A stretch of 64,000 nucleotides of DNA, from NCBI GenBank assembly GCA_002269645.1, contig NIVC01000660.1:248001-312000 (forward strand), given 5' to 3'. Numbering within the stretch: the stretch's first letter is position 1; each line of letters starts with the position of its first letter. This stretch comes from Macrostomum lignano (lineage: Eukaryota). Below the pieces are notes generated by a model. It did not search any database. It had not been told where the DNA came from and saw only the letters and a list, made by a program, of their open reading frames with translations. Both the position numbers and the translations under genes were made by a program. Below are positions 12,532 to 24,299 of this stretch, one piece after another.

Positions 12532-12808
12532 TATTAAGATAGCCTTATTAAATTATAATGAATCGGCGTTTATTGAGTTTTGAGAAAGATAGCAAAATTG
12601 GAAAACAGGATAGCAAAGATAGCAAAACAGGAATTTAGCACTGGCGTAGCTCAAACAAAACTTAGTGGTACAGGTAAGGGAGTCGAAAACCATAGATATA
12701 ATTAAGAAGTCTGTTATAGAAAATTCTAGAAGGAAACCTTGGATTCACTTACAATAAACATAAAGTTGACTATTTTAAGATAAACGATTACTTATAACAT
12801 CTTTAACA
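12532..12808 (-). repeat. Copia 5' LTR (277 bp)
   Basis: Matches 2166-2424; flanked by PBS and TSD. Confidence 0.95.
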
Positions 12809-12814
12809 ATCCCT

Positions 12815-12995
12815 TCATCTCCCTTAATCTTCTCCATTCATCTCCCTTAATCTTCGCCTTAAATCTCCCTTAATCTTCTCCCTTCATCTCCCTTAATCTT
12901 CTCCTTTCAACTCCCTTAATTTTCTCCCTTTATCTCCCTTCATCTTCTCTTTTCACCGCCCTTCATCTTCTCCTTTTATCTCCCTTAATCTCATC
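12815..12995. repeat. Low-complexity TCTCCCTTAATC(T) repeat
   Basis: Direct inspection. Confidence 0.8.
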
Positions 12996-13042
12996 TCCCC
13001 ACTATCCTACCCGCTTTTCGACCCCCCTTCAACAATCCGCAG

Positions 13043-13741
13043 GGTTCCGTTGCCTCAGGCTCCGCTAGCGGCCCAGTGCCCAGTCCAGGCGGGGTTAGCA
13101 CCGGCAGCGGCGGAGGCCCTCTGTTCCTTCTGTTCTTAGACTGCGTATGGCAGTTAACCAAGCGCTACCCAGCAGCATTTGAGATGAGTTCAGTCTACTT
13201 AACTCTGCTGCACGACACAATTCAGTGGCCAGTGTTCCAGGAGAATGCAACAGCCTCAATTGATGATATTCTGTTTGGTGGCGGCTGCGGCGGCAGCGGA
13301 GACTCCGCAGTCCCAGCTCAATTAGGCAGCTTATTCCACTGGCGAGATTATGTTAATCCTGGCGTGCGCGAATTATTTATTAATAATCTCTATCGACAGA
13401 TCTCTAATCCGATTATGAATCGTTGGCAACTGTGCGAGCTGCAATTCTGGACAGAGAATTATAGCAGGAATGCTCGGTTCGCTTCAACCGATAAGCTGAT
13501 GCCGAATACAGTTTACACTGCGCCTACGGTGAATAATTTGCAACGCATTCTGCATAGCAACGGATCGAATTTGTCGCCGCCAACTCGGCTAGCTTGTTAC
13601 TATGGCAACCAGTCGGTTAGTCCGCACTACGGCTGTCCATTCAGTTGGTCCGCCGGCCAGATAGTGGATGAACTGTTGCGCAGTCATTTGAAAGAGGTTG
13701 GCGCCGATTTTACTAGGCAGTTGGATCCCACGCATCTGTAG
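13043..13741 (+). CDS. Myotubularin-related pseudophosphatase, last coding exon
   Basis: Acceptor CAG|GGT at 13042/13043 in phase 0 with the 2016 donor; PLFLLFLDCVWQLTKRYPAAFEMS..YL..LHD motif; TAG stop at 13739-13741. Confidence 0.88.
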   Translation, partial: GSVASGSASGPVPSPGGVSTGSGGGPLFLLFLDCVWQLTKRYPAAFEMSSVYLTLLHDTIQWPVFQENATASIDDILFGGGCGGSGDSAVPAQLGSLFHWRDYVNPGVRELFINNLYRQISNPIMNRWQLCELQFWTENYSRNARFASTDKLMPNTVYTAPTVNNLQRILHSNGSNLSPPTRLACYYGNQSVSPHYGCPFSWSAGQIVDELLRSHLKEVGADFTRQLDPTHL

Positions 13742-13788
13742 GACTGCACTCTCTGTTATTCTGCCAAGAACCTGCCTGCTGATAGTTG

Positions 13789-14474
13789 ACAGATACTAGA
13801 ATAACTAAATAAGCCACTCAGCACATTTGCGTGTAAGCTACTTTCAGTTCAGTAGCAAATTAAACAGTAGCTTTTTAATGCATGTTTAAAGCCAAGGCTC
13901 TTACCCCCAGCTTAAACCCTCCAACCGCGCCTTTCCACACTACCCCCCTTGCCCCGCCCCAATTTTTATTGCCTTTCTCGGAATTCCAGCCTAAAGCGGC
14001 CGTGTACATTTCAGTGGAGTGGCTAATATACATTATTGCTGAACCAATTAGCAATTTGTTTACGCCTGCAAGCTTGGGCCTCTAAAATTATCAAAGCTGC
14101 CTCAGTAGTAAATTAAACAAAAGCATTTTATGGTATTTTTAAAGCCAAGGCATATTAGCTCTTACCCCCAACTTAACACCCCAACAGTGCTATTCCACAC
14201 TACTCCGCCCCAATTTTTATTGCCTTTCTCGGAATTCCAGCCTAAAGCTGCCATGTACATTCAGTGAACTGGCTAATGTACACTTCTGCTGAATCAATTA
14301 GCAAGTTGTTTACGCCTGCAAGCTCGGGCTTTTAAACTTATCAAAGTCTTTTCAGCTGCCTTTATTTTTATAAAAATAGCTTATGTATTCTCATTTGCTA
14401 CTGAACTGAAAGTAGAAAGCTGTTTTACGAGGTATTTATGCCTGAGTGGCCCATCTAGCTATTTTAGTATCTGT
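13789..14474. mobile_element. MITE-like element with ~33-bp imperfect TIR and an internal ~245-bp duplication
   Basis: ACAGATACTAGAATAACTA..GCCACTCAG / CTGAGTGGCCCATCTAGCTATTTTAGTATCTGT; inner IR CTACTTTCAGTTCAGTAGCAAAT; second copy at 56.7-57.1 kb. Confidence 0.8.
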
Positions 14475-16266
14475 AAGCTAGAGAGAAGGCATGGAGCTGT
14501 CCAATTCGCTGGCCCCTAAGTACACACGTACTCAGCTACTGTACTCAGGAACTGGATGTACAAAGGCCCTGCCTTTCTCCTTGCGACCCCCAAAATGCCA
14601 TACAAATCACTTAATCAGTAGGCAAATTTTAAGAAAAGTAATACCCATCAATGCGGTAGTAAAAAACTATACACAAACGATCACTATCCTAACGAACAGC
14701 AGTGATCATGATCGTTATTTTTATTTTAGCTTTATTTCACTTATCGATTAGTGTATTATTTCTAAATGCTAAATCCTACAATTGTTTTTATATATAAAAA
14801 GATTACTATTAATATTAATTTGCAATCGTGTTTTCTGTACTTGGCATATGAATTATTTCTACAATCGTAATAAAGTCAGTAATTTTGATTACAGTTATGT
14901 TGTAAAGAAATTATTTACCAAAAATCTATTATCCTCATGGTGCTTTTTATGTCGGATTTTTTTGTTTTTTGTACTAATTTTCTGAGTTTTGATTAGCACA
15001 GAAAAAATTGTTTGTACTCTTGAAGTAAAACTTTGGCTTATCCGTTATTGTACTTCGGCGGTCGTCTGTGATGCTTAATCTGCTTTAGTTCTGCTAACTG
15101 ACTGTGTTCCTATTATTGTTATTAAAATATTCGAGTTGTTCGAAAACTTCTCAGTGCCACAAAACATTTTGTTCAATTATTTTGTTCAGCAATTATTCAA
15201 GTGCTGCTATTTTTAGTTTATGCTTCAAGTTTACCAATCATTCGGTCGTTACAGATTTCAGATTAATGATTCCTATTGTAATCCAATAGCTTAATTAGTA
15301 TATGTAAAAATCAAGGACATTTTAGTAGAAACACGGGAACCTCGTTTCTTAGAAAACAGAATGTTTAGTAGAAACACGGGAACCTCGTTTCTTAGAAAAC
15401 AAAACGTCTTTACTGAAAGCAGGTCGAATACTCTTAGGGAGTATCTTGGAAGAGTTGTCTAGAAAAAATAAGTTCCAGAAACGGAGTTTCCTCATCCTAC
15501 TTGAGCTGTCTTTAATCCTGATGATCTTCCCATATGTTTTTGATCAGTTTTCAATAGCCTGTGTATTAAATATTCACGCAAATATGATATTCAAGCCAAA
15601 TGAAGCAATTCGTGTACTGTTAAACTATTTAATCAATTTATTTTTGTCTACAATATACTGTATGTATAAATTTGTATTTGAAGCCAATTATGAGCAATTT
15701 TCACTATTTTTTCTAGCGATTGCTTCTATGATTAAAGCTTTGCCTGCTAAGTTTTGATCAATTTGTTAAAAATAGAATCGTACTCTTATATACGAGCGTG
15801 TCTGCAAGTATTTGATAGCTAATTTATTTCTAGACTTAAGAATCTTATGAATCTTATCTTGAAATAATCTTATTGATAAAACTAAACAATTCAAAATGAT
15901 TTTTCATTCATCGATATGTAAATAAAATATAATTGGAAATTTCACTCGCACAGAAGACTTTAGATGGTGCAAAAAAGATCTTTTAAAAAAATCAAAACAA
16001 AAATCAGAAGTTATTTTTGTTTATTGAGTTACCTTTATCAAGTAAATAAGGTAACTACACACACACCTGTTTGTTTATATTTAACCTTTCAAATAAGGTA
16101 ATAAGGTTCTTGACATTTCATCCAAAAGCTAAGCAAACTTTCTATATATTTTTCTGTGTGCAGAAAAAATGCGAAAAAAACCTGCTTTTTCTTTGTCTAC
16201 ATACTCCTGTTTCAGAAATTGGAGGCCTTAAATTAACTTTTATGAACCTTTTTTGTTGTTTCATCG

Positions 16267-16622
16267 GGCCGACAATTTTAAATTTGGAGGCTACAATCGT
16301 ACCCTTTGATGTTTTACCGTACCGACAATTCTAAATTTGGAGGCTACAATCTTACCCTTTGATGTTTCACCGGACCGACAATTTTAAATTTCGGGGCTAC
16401 AATCGTACCCTTTGATGTTTCACCGGACCGACAATTCTTAATTTCGAGGCTACAATCGTACCCTTTGATGTTTCACCGGACCGACAATTTTAAATTTCGG
16501 GGCTACAATCGTACCCTTTGATGTTTCACCGGACCGACAATTCTTAATTTCGAGGCTACAATCGTACCCTTTGATGTTTCACCGGACCGACAATTCTAAA
16601 TTTGGAGGCTACAATCGCACCT
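16267..16622. repeat. 53-bp minisatellite, ~7 copies
   Basis: Unit GGACCGACAATTTTAAATTTCGGGGCTACAATCGTACCCTTTGATGTTTCACC. Confidence 0.92.
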
Positions 16623-16713
16623 TTAATCCTTCGTCGACAACTTAACAGAGAGTCTGATTTGTTATAAATTTACTTGAGAGAAATGATAAAAATTAAGTAT
16701 TCGAAAGGTTACT

Positions 16714-19700
16714 TTACATATAAAGAAATGTGACTAATCCTGTTACTACAGCCATGGCCATGGATCGCATCCATCCGGTACCTGTGTTGCCACCTGTAGT
16801 TCTCGGCCCTCCAGCGGTTACGATTGCCAGTACATTAAATTCTTTTATAACTGCGTTCTCGCAACACGCAGACAGCTGCTCATTGATCCAGCTTTTACTA
16901 CTCCGAATGGCCTCTTGAATCAGATAGGGAGGAATGTGCTCCGGGTCTTTGTCCGCTGTAGTACGGTATGGGTTGTGCAACTTTATTTAGAATGCAATTT
17001 TTACAAGGTTTTACTTAATTAAAGAAATTGTTTTTTATATTAAGATAACCCGGTTTTCTTTCAAAACGAGAGTTCATACTCGTATATAAGAGTGCGGACC
17101 CCGATCCGATGAAAACAGTACCTAGCCTAAAATAGCGTCCTTGAGTCACTTGCGTCGCCCCAGAGTCCAGAGTCCAGGTAACATGACATACGTAAAATGG
17201 TAAAGATGTGTCTCTAGACGACTCTAAAACGACAATATACGAGGGCATCACGGTACAAGTCGCGGGGTTAGTCGCCAAAAAGTCGTCAAAGTGTCGCCTA
17301 AGAGTAAATTTGAGGCGTTTTATTGTCTGCGACTGGGGCGACCCAAGTGACTATGGGCTTGGAGTCGTATCTATGGCGTGCTGGAGACTGGAGTCACTGT
17401 AGGATCACAGGAGTTGCTTCTAAAGCGCATCTGCGTCACTGTATGCATTATTGTAGAATCACATTTCGCATCTATAACAATTCCGTTTCGTCTGCTTGAG
17501 TTAGCAGAAAGTAAGTTATGCGCCAATACAACACGACGACTCTTAAACAAACATTTCGCGACTCTTGCAAATCTACAACTCACGTAATACATGTACGCTT
17601 GTGACTCAACAGTAGGTCGCCTCTCCGTCGAATTGCGATTCTAGTCACTGTGTAATGTCTTCAACAGGTAATCCTCTTCTTGATCCTTTAATTAACCGGC
17701 CACATACCCGTTAATCTCTAAATGAGCCGCCATGCCCTTTGACTTCTAAGTAAGCCGCTTAATACTCATTGATCTTTAAATCAACAATCAAGAAAATAGC
17801 AGAAATATAACTTTCAACTCCTCACAGCTTGGCGGATTGGTCTTCGGGTTCAGCTTATCCGAATGGTAGCAGAGCACAGGGTCCTGTATTGCACTGACCA
17901 TAGCCGCCCGGACGTACACCATAAGTTCGCCGTTCTGATTCAGCTGAAGCAGATCCGGTTCCTGTATGAACCAGTTTGTATCTACAAACTTAGCGGTCGA
18001 GGTGGATACTAAGGAACTGTAACTCTTGTCTGGGCAGCACATTTTGTAGCGACTCTCGTGGCTTCTGCAGAAGCTGTTCACCGACAACGATAGCAGGGTC
18101 TGAAGACTTCTCCACAGCACCGAGTGAAACTGTGTAGGCAGGCGTGAGAGTTAGAAGCCATGCAGTTCTTTATGTATAGACTCGAAACTCATACGAGATT
18201 AAAATAAATATTAAAATATTTGCTACTTATATACATTCATGTCGAATCATTAAGTATTTTTATCTTCCCAGATTCATGGACTGGGCAATCGTCACCCTCC
18301 CAGATCCTCAGTTGCTGGGCCTTCCCAGATCCTTAGTTGCTAGGCCAGCCTCCCAGAGTGTTGGTTACTGGGCCAGCCTCACAGAGTGTCAGTTGCTGGG
18401 CCAGCCTCCCAACTCCATCCTCAGTTGCTGGGCCAGCCTCCCAGAGTGTTTGTTACTGGGCCAGCCTCCCAAAGTGTCAGTTGCTGGGCCAGCCTCCCAA
18501 CTCCATCCTCGTTGCTGGGCCAGCCTCCCAACTCCATCCTCAGTTGCTGGGCCACTTCCCCCTTTCAGATCGTCAGTTTCTCAGATCTTGAGGTACCAAA
18601 CCGAATTAGTTAAATGTACCAGCTAAACGGTGGCTTTGCATTATGCATGCTAAATTATGGGCTCACTCAAACTTATCGAAAATAAGCCCAAGTAAACTCA
18701 CCAGCGACATGGACAGCTTGCCAGGCCCGCGCACCCCCAGTCGCAGCGCAACGCTGTTTTTATACCGGGCCAAAGTCACCTGGCACTGCCGGCCGAAGTA
18801 TCCGATCGGACAGGTGCACCTGCAATTCGATGGCGTCGCCTCCGGCCGACGGGTGCCGCCGTTGCTGCAGTCGCATCTACGACACTGACCGATGAGACGC
18901 TGCTCACAGGTTTCGCAGTCTCTTGTGCAGACTGCCGGTTACGCATGGAATATACATGTTAGAGAAACTGGTACGTACATGTACATGCCTCTCAGATCCT
19001 CATCCTCAGTTGCTCGGCCAGCAACACACGCCGTCTGCCCCATCATACAATACGTCAACGCACTGTAAAACGCCAAACTTCCATATGAAACACGCCAATC
19101 ACGATACAACACACCAACCCCCCAAACACCAAACCCATACAACACGCTAAACCCCATAAATAAAACACAACAACTCACCATAAAGCACACCAAAAAACCA
19201 TAATAAACGCCAACCACCCATGAAACACCGTCTTTTAAAAATCATACCAAGCCTTAAACTATGCTAACCCAATAAGCCCTTCGCTACTATGGCGATTTTT
19301 ATACTTCGAATTAGGTGCTTTAGGTAATTTTGGTGTGTTTGTTTAGTGAAAGCGTCGACTTGCGCGTGTTGGGGAGGGATTGTCGTGCGCGTGTTGGAGA
19401 AGGGTGACTTGCACGTGTTGGGGGAGGGGTTGGCGTGCGCGTGTTGGGGGAAAGGTTGGCGTGCGCGTGTTGGGGGAGGGGTTGGCGTGCGCGTGTTGGG
19501 GGAGGGGTTGGCGTGCGCGTGTGGGAGGAGCTGGGGTGACATAATTGCACGTGTTGGGGGAGGGGTTGGCGTGCGCGTGTGGGAGGAGCTGGGGTGACAT
19601 AATTGCACGTGTTGGGGGAGGGGTTGGCGTGCGCGTGTTGGTTGGCGTGTTTTATGTGGTGTTGAGCATGTTTTCTTGGCGATTCCGGATGGACTATATC

Positions 19701-21569
19701 ACAAGATAAGCAAACAAATTCTTACATGGTCTCTGGCTAGAGTCGGATCCTTTGTAAACCGGTACCGTCGGGTCTCTGACTATCATTTTATCGATGCACA
19801 GATTGTTCAAGCAGAGTGGCAAGCTGTTGGGACAGGCGCTGCACGGCTCGCCTACGGCGTAGACCCGACTGCCATGCACTGCGGCCCTAAAATAATTAAA
19901 GTAATTAAAGTTTGTAAATATGAACAAATTGCATGAATCACTCATCAAAAATATAAAAATAGTAATTTCACAATACCTTTGAATAAACGCCGCCTGCCCC
20001 AAAAATACGTCAACTCACGGTAAAACACAACCTATAAAACATGCCAACGCCGATAAAAAACACCGAATCAATAAGACACGCCAATCCCCATAAAACACAA
20101 ACCCCATAAAATACGCCGAACCCATAAAACACGCCAACACAGATAAAACACGCCAACCCTCACCCCTAAGACACGTCAACCACCTACGAAAACCCCTAAC
20201 TTCTTATACCCAACCTTAAATCATCCTAATCCAATATCAACATTGCCAACCAAATACACTGAGGCCAAGCCACAATCAAGAAGTACTTCTCCCCAGCTAA
20301 CTTATGCGAATAATAGCACACAAAAGTGTGCACTCCATGACAAAGATAATAAGCGCAGCCGAGACTATCCAATTTGTCGCTCATGATCTGCAGATATGGT
20401 TGGCAGTTCGTGTTTTCGCCTGAGCAGGCGCCCGTACTACGGTAGCTTCGTCCGGTAGAGTGCCAAGCGTCCACAATCTGCCAGGCGGTGGGCAGCACGT
20501 TCTCTGTTGTCTGGTAGCTTAGCCAAGAGTCGCCCATTTTTATATACCAGACCGTGTCAGTCTGGTGCACAATGTAGCAAAGTTCGTTCGCCTCCCTCTC
20601 CGCGTATTGGGCCAGGTGTTCTCTCCATATCTAAGTAGGTTAGTTGGAGGCAGATTAGACACTGATCCAAGCACCGATGAGACACTGATAAAAGCACTGA
20701 TTCGACACTGATAAAAGCACTGATGAGACACTGATCCAAGCACTGATTCGACACTGATAAAAGCACTGATGAGACACTGATCCAAGCACTGATTCGACAC
20801 TGATAAAAGCACTGATTAGACACTGATCCAAGCACTGATTAGACACTGATCCAAGCACTGATTAGACACTGATCAAAGCACTGATTAGACACTGATCCAA
20901 GCACTGATGAGACACTGATCCAAGCACTGATTCGACACTGATCTAAACACTGATTCGACACTGATGCAAGCACTGATTAGACACTGATCAAAGCACTGAT
21001 TAGACACTGATCCAAGCACTGATGAGACACTGATCCAAGCACTGATTCGACACTGATCTAAACACTGATTCGACACTGATGCAAGCACTGATTAGACACT
21101 GATAGACACTAATCCAAGCACTGATTCGACACTGATCTAAACACTGATTCGACACTGATGCAAGCACTGATTAGACACTGATAAAAGCACTGATTATATC
21201 ATGATCTGATAAAATAAGCACTGATTAGACACTGATCCAAGCACTGATTAGACACTGATCCAAGCACTGATTAGACACTGATCCAAGCACTGATTAGACA
21301 CTGATCCAAGCACTGATTAGACACTGATCCAAGCACTGATTATATCATGATCTGATAAAATAAGCACTGATTAGATACGTAGCGTCTAAAAGACTCACCA
21401 AATAGAGCATCCTTGATGCAGTCGGATATGCCAATTCTCGGAATCGGTTGTGCTCATTCAGAAAGCTCAGCTGCTGTTGACGATCTAAAATGGCATCGAT
21501 AAACTCAACGGTCAAAATCAACAGTAGGATTCCTATGCTAAACAGGTTCTTCATAACCTTGGTGAGCAT
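16714..21569 (-). CDS. CAP-EGF membrane-anchored protein, paralog 1 (multi-exon)
   Basis: Exons 21569-21399 (signal peptide, HNRFR), 20630-20302 (CAP; LGCAYYLC..FVCYY), 19886-19726 (GEPCSACP..C..NLC), a degenerate EGF1 exon near 19063-18980, 18931-18702 (EGF: CSNGG..CRCTCPIGYFGRQC), 18129-17826, 16955-16714 (hydrophobic tail). Confidence 0.8.
18300..18560. repeat. 28-32-bp intronic minisatellite (GTTGCTGGGCCAGCCTCCC core)
   Basis: Tandem periodicity. Confidence 0.88.
19360..19665. repeat. ~26-bp G-rich intronic minisatellite (GTTGGGGGAGGGGTTGGCGTGCGCGT)
   Basis: Tandem periodicity; AACACGCCAAC-like motifs in the opposite orientation at 19040-19230 and 20010-20190. Confidence 0.85.
20655..21375. 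repeat. 23-bp intronic minisatellite (CACTGATCCAAGCACTGATTAGA)
   Basis: Fills most of intron 1 of paralog 1. Confidence 0.93.
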
Positions 21570-22189
21570 ATATTAATTAGACACTATATTAGCTCGTAGT
21601 AATATATGTTAATTAATGAATTTCGATTTAAATGGAAGCCAAGCTTAAAACATTCACTAAGACAAGCTATTCCTGGAATCTATGCACTTTTTGTGTTGAA
21701 ATCGAAAGATAAGACACATAGACAGTACTATAGAATAGCTTAATGCTAGTTAACACGTAGTTAATGTATAGATTTTTAGATAGGCAGATAGGCAGACAAC
21801 TAGGCACCACAAACACGCTCGGTAGTCCGAACCTTAGATATTGTATGCGATGGCCTAAATGTTCTTTACTTCAACAATATCCACTTACCTTTTGTACATC
21901 TGGATGCACAACAGCGTCGTGCGCTTAGCATGATTTATTTAGAATTTTTGGCCAGGAATATTTATTGTTGTACCACAAAGGCAATACTGCGAAAAATTCC
22001 GTGTATATTCTTTTCTCTATTTTCCTCGACTGTCGTAAACAACATTTAATTGCTAAGCAGACCCCTCTTTGGATGAGGGGAGAAATTGTCGATCGATCAA
22101 CACCCTAAATCTCTCAAGATTGCAAGAGAGAAAAAGGATGATCGATGCTTCAGCCGCAGCCAGGTCGATAAACAGTTTGGCTTTCCTCT

Positions 22190-22515
22190 GGCACGCTTGT
22201 GTCTGACTTTGATCCCTCTCCTTACTGTTCTCTCATTGGCTGAGCTAGATTGGGCCTGCCCCTTAGGCTGATCTGAGTTTCGTCCGTCTGACTTTGATCC
22301 CTCTCCTTACTGCTCTCTAATTGGCTGAGCTAGATTGGGTCTGCCCCCCCCCCAAGGCTGAGTTTCGTCCGTCTGACTTTGATCCCTCTCCTTACTGCTC
22401 TCTAATTGGCTGAGCTAGATTGGGTCTGCCCCCCCCCCCAAGGCTGAGTTTCGTCCGTCTGACTTTGACCTCAATCCTGGCTGCCCTCTTATTGGCTGAG
22501 CTAGACAGGGCCCTA
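22190..22515. repeat. ~85-bp tandem repeat, ~4 copies
   Basis: GAGTTTCGTCCGTCTGACTTTGATCCCTCTCCTTACTG recurs at about 22275, 22360 and 22446. Confidence 0.85.
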
Positions 22516-22881
22516 GGCCATGTTACGTCTTGCATTCACTTGGATACATTGTACATTCAGTTATCAAGTAATAAGGACGGGAAACTTACTTTCTTCGAAA
22601 ATTTTAGGAGCCAATTTTACCTGCCTCCGTAAAAATGATTACGGAAATAGGTTATTATTTTTTCAGCACAAAAACTTTTGTACCATGACTACGTGGCTTT
22701 CGGGCGGGCTGATATTCGATTATTGCTATAGACGATTTCATTTTGGCCCGAAAAGTCGTGCCGATAATGGATTATTTCCATTTTATGTATTTCAACCAAA
22801 TAAACAAAACAAAAAACAAATCAAACAAAGCAGTCAGAGTCCAGAGCCGAACTGAACTTTTGCAAAGCGTCCTTTTCGCAC

Positions 22882-23249
22882 TCACATATAAAACGTAACA
22901 TTTAGAACCGTTTTTCTCCAAGACGATCGTCGGGCCGGATTTATCAGGCTAGCCAATAGTTGTGACGGCAGTTGGAACGCTAGATGACCGTTCTCGCACA
23001 GTGCAACTGACTCTTGTGCTTGATGACTGACCACGCTCGACGTAGAGGTTTGTAGACTATCTGTGATAGCAGAAGACAATGCTCGCTTCTGAGCCACCGT
23101 TGTCCGCTTTGTATAACGGACAACACTATCCACCTTTTTGTGTCCGGAGACGGTTTGAATCGCTTCGGCACTGAATCCATCAGACGCCAGGCTTGTTATG
23201 GTTGTTTTGTTGCGCGGATCGAATGGTTAGTGTAGTCCCGCGAGAGCAT
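22882..23249 (-). pseudogene. Crypton/DUF3504-like tyrosine recombinase, catalytic C-terminal fragment
   Basis: MLSRDYTNHSIRAT / TITSLASDGFSAEAIQTVSGHKKVDSVVRY...VLNVTFYM*: H-x-x-R, H and Y residues present; frameshift just after HSIRAT. Confidence 0.8.
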
Positions 23250-24299
23250 GGTCGGTCTTGAATATGACAGCAGCAGTCTCGCTTCTTTCTCTCGTTTTTA
23301 GGCTTCTCTTCGCTTCTTTCTCTTTTAATTGAACTGTATAGTTTCTCACTAAATCATATTATGTCTCTGGTTGAAATGTGGGGGCTTCGCCCCAACACCC
23401 CCATGCCCATATTCATCAATGCAGCTCATGCGCTCGTACAACTCAGCCACATAGTCTATGGTACAATCACAGTATTACCCAGGCTTTGCGGGCGATAATG
23501 GGAAATCCCTCGGGCGCTATTGTCACATAGACAAAGCCTAAAAGGAAGGAAGCAGAAAGGCAGACTGAATATACTCGTACAAATATTGATGGGCTGCAAA
23601 GGGCAGAAACGAGCTGTGTTTGTCTATGGTATAGAGACTGTCTATGGTAAAATCCCATTTACTCTAATGCATTCAGTTGGTTTCACGACCCGCTGAAAAT
23701 GTCTATGGCAAAGTCAAAAGAAGGCGGGGTCAAGAGGGCGCTGAGCCCCTTTGCGGGGGTGTGGGGGCGGAGCCCCCACATTTGTACACCAGCACTCTAG
23801 ACAAAGAAAGAAAGAACGAAAACTGGCCAAAACTCCTTATTTTGCGAATTGAAAAAGTAACTGATACTAAGCATTATTTAGCAGTACAAAGCTTTCTTTT
23901 CGAAATCTACAAGTTGTAGAACACATTAACTAGATAATTATATACATACGAGGTTTTTTACTTATTGAAGTCGGCCATAGATTATTGCAGGGGGTGGGAT
24001 GCCGTGTGTTTCACCCCGTTTCAACACGCCTAGGCTAACTATAATATTCATCTTTTGATATGTTTTCCCAGGGAAGCCAGGGAGGCTTCCCTGGTTTCCC
24101 TTGGTCTAGAAAATTAGGGATTCTATATAAGAAGTTGTTCAACGATCTGTGTATAAAATCCGATTACTTATTTTATTGACATTTATTGGGCTCATTCTGA
24201 GCCAGGAAAGCCTAGTCTATGGTTTAAAGTGCTATAATTCCAGGCACATCAAATAATTTGATGGGCTCCAAAATGGAGACCATCAAATTATTTAATGGT

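Larger units (their letters stand above)
2166..12808 (-). mobile_element. Full-length Ty1/copia LTR retrotransposon (disrupted)
   Basis: Two LTRs; 5-bp TSD ATCCC (2161-2165 and 12809-12813); PBS; PPT; gag-PR-IN-RT-RNaseH order. Confidence 0.97.

Noticed and set aside
14480-16260. Short AT-rich ORFs and a ~45-bp direct duplication near 15320-15402
   Set aside because: No recognisable motifs or convincing splice pattern; treated as intergenic.
17560-17700. TGA read as Trp or Sec (alternative code)
   Set aside because: Neighbouring genes use TGG for Trp and standard stops, and TAA/TAG also interrupt this region; decay is simpler.
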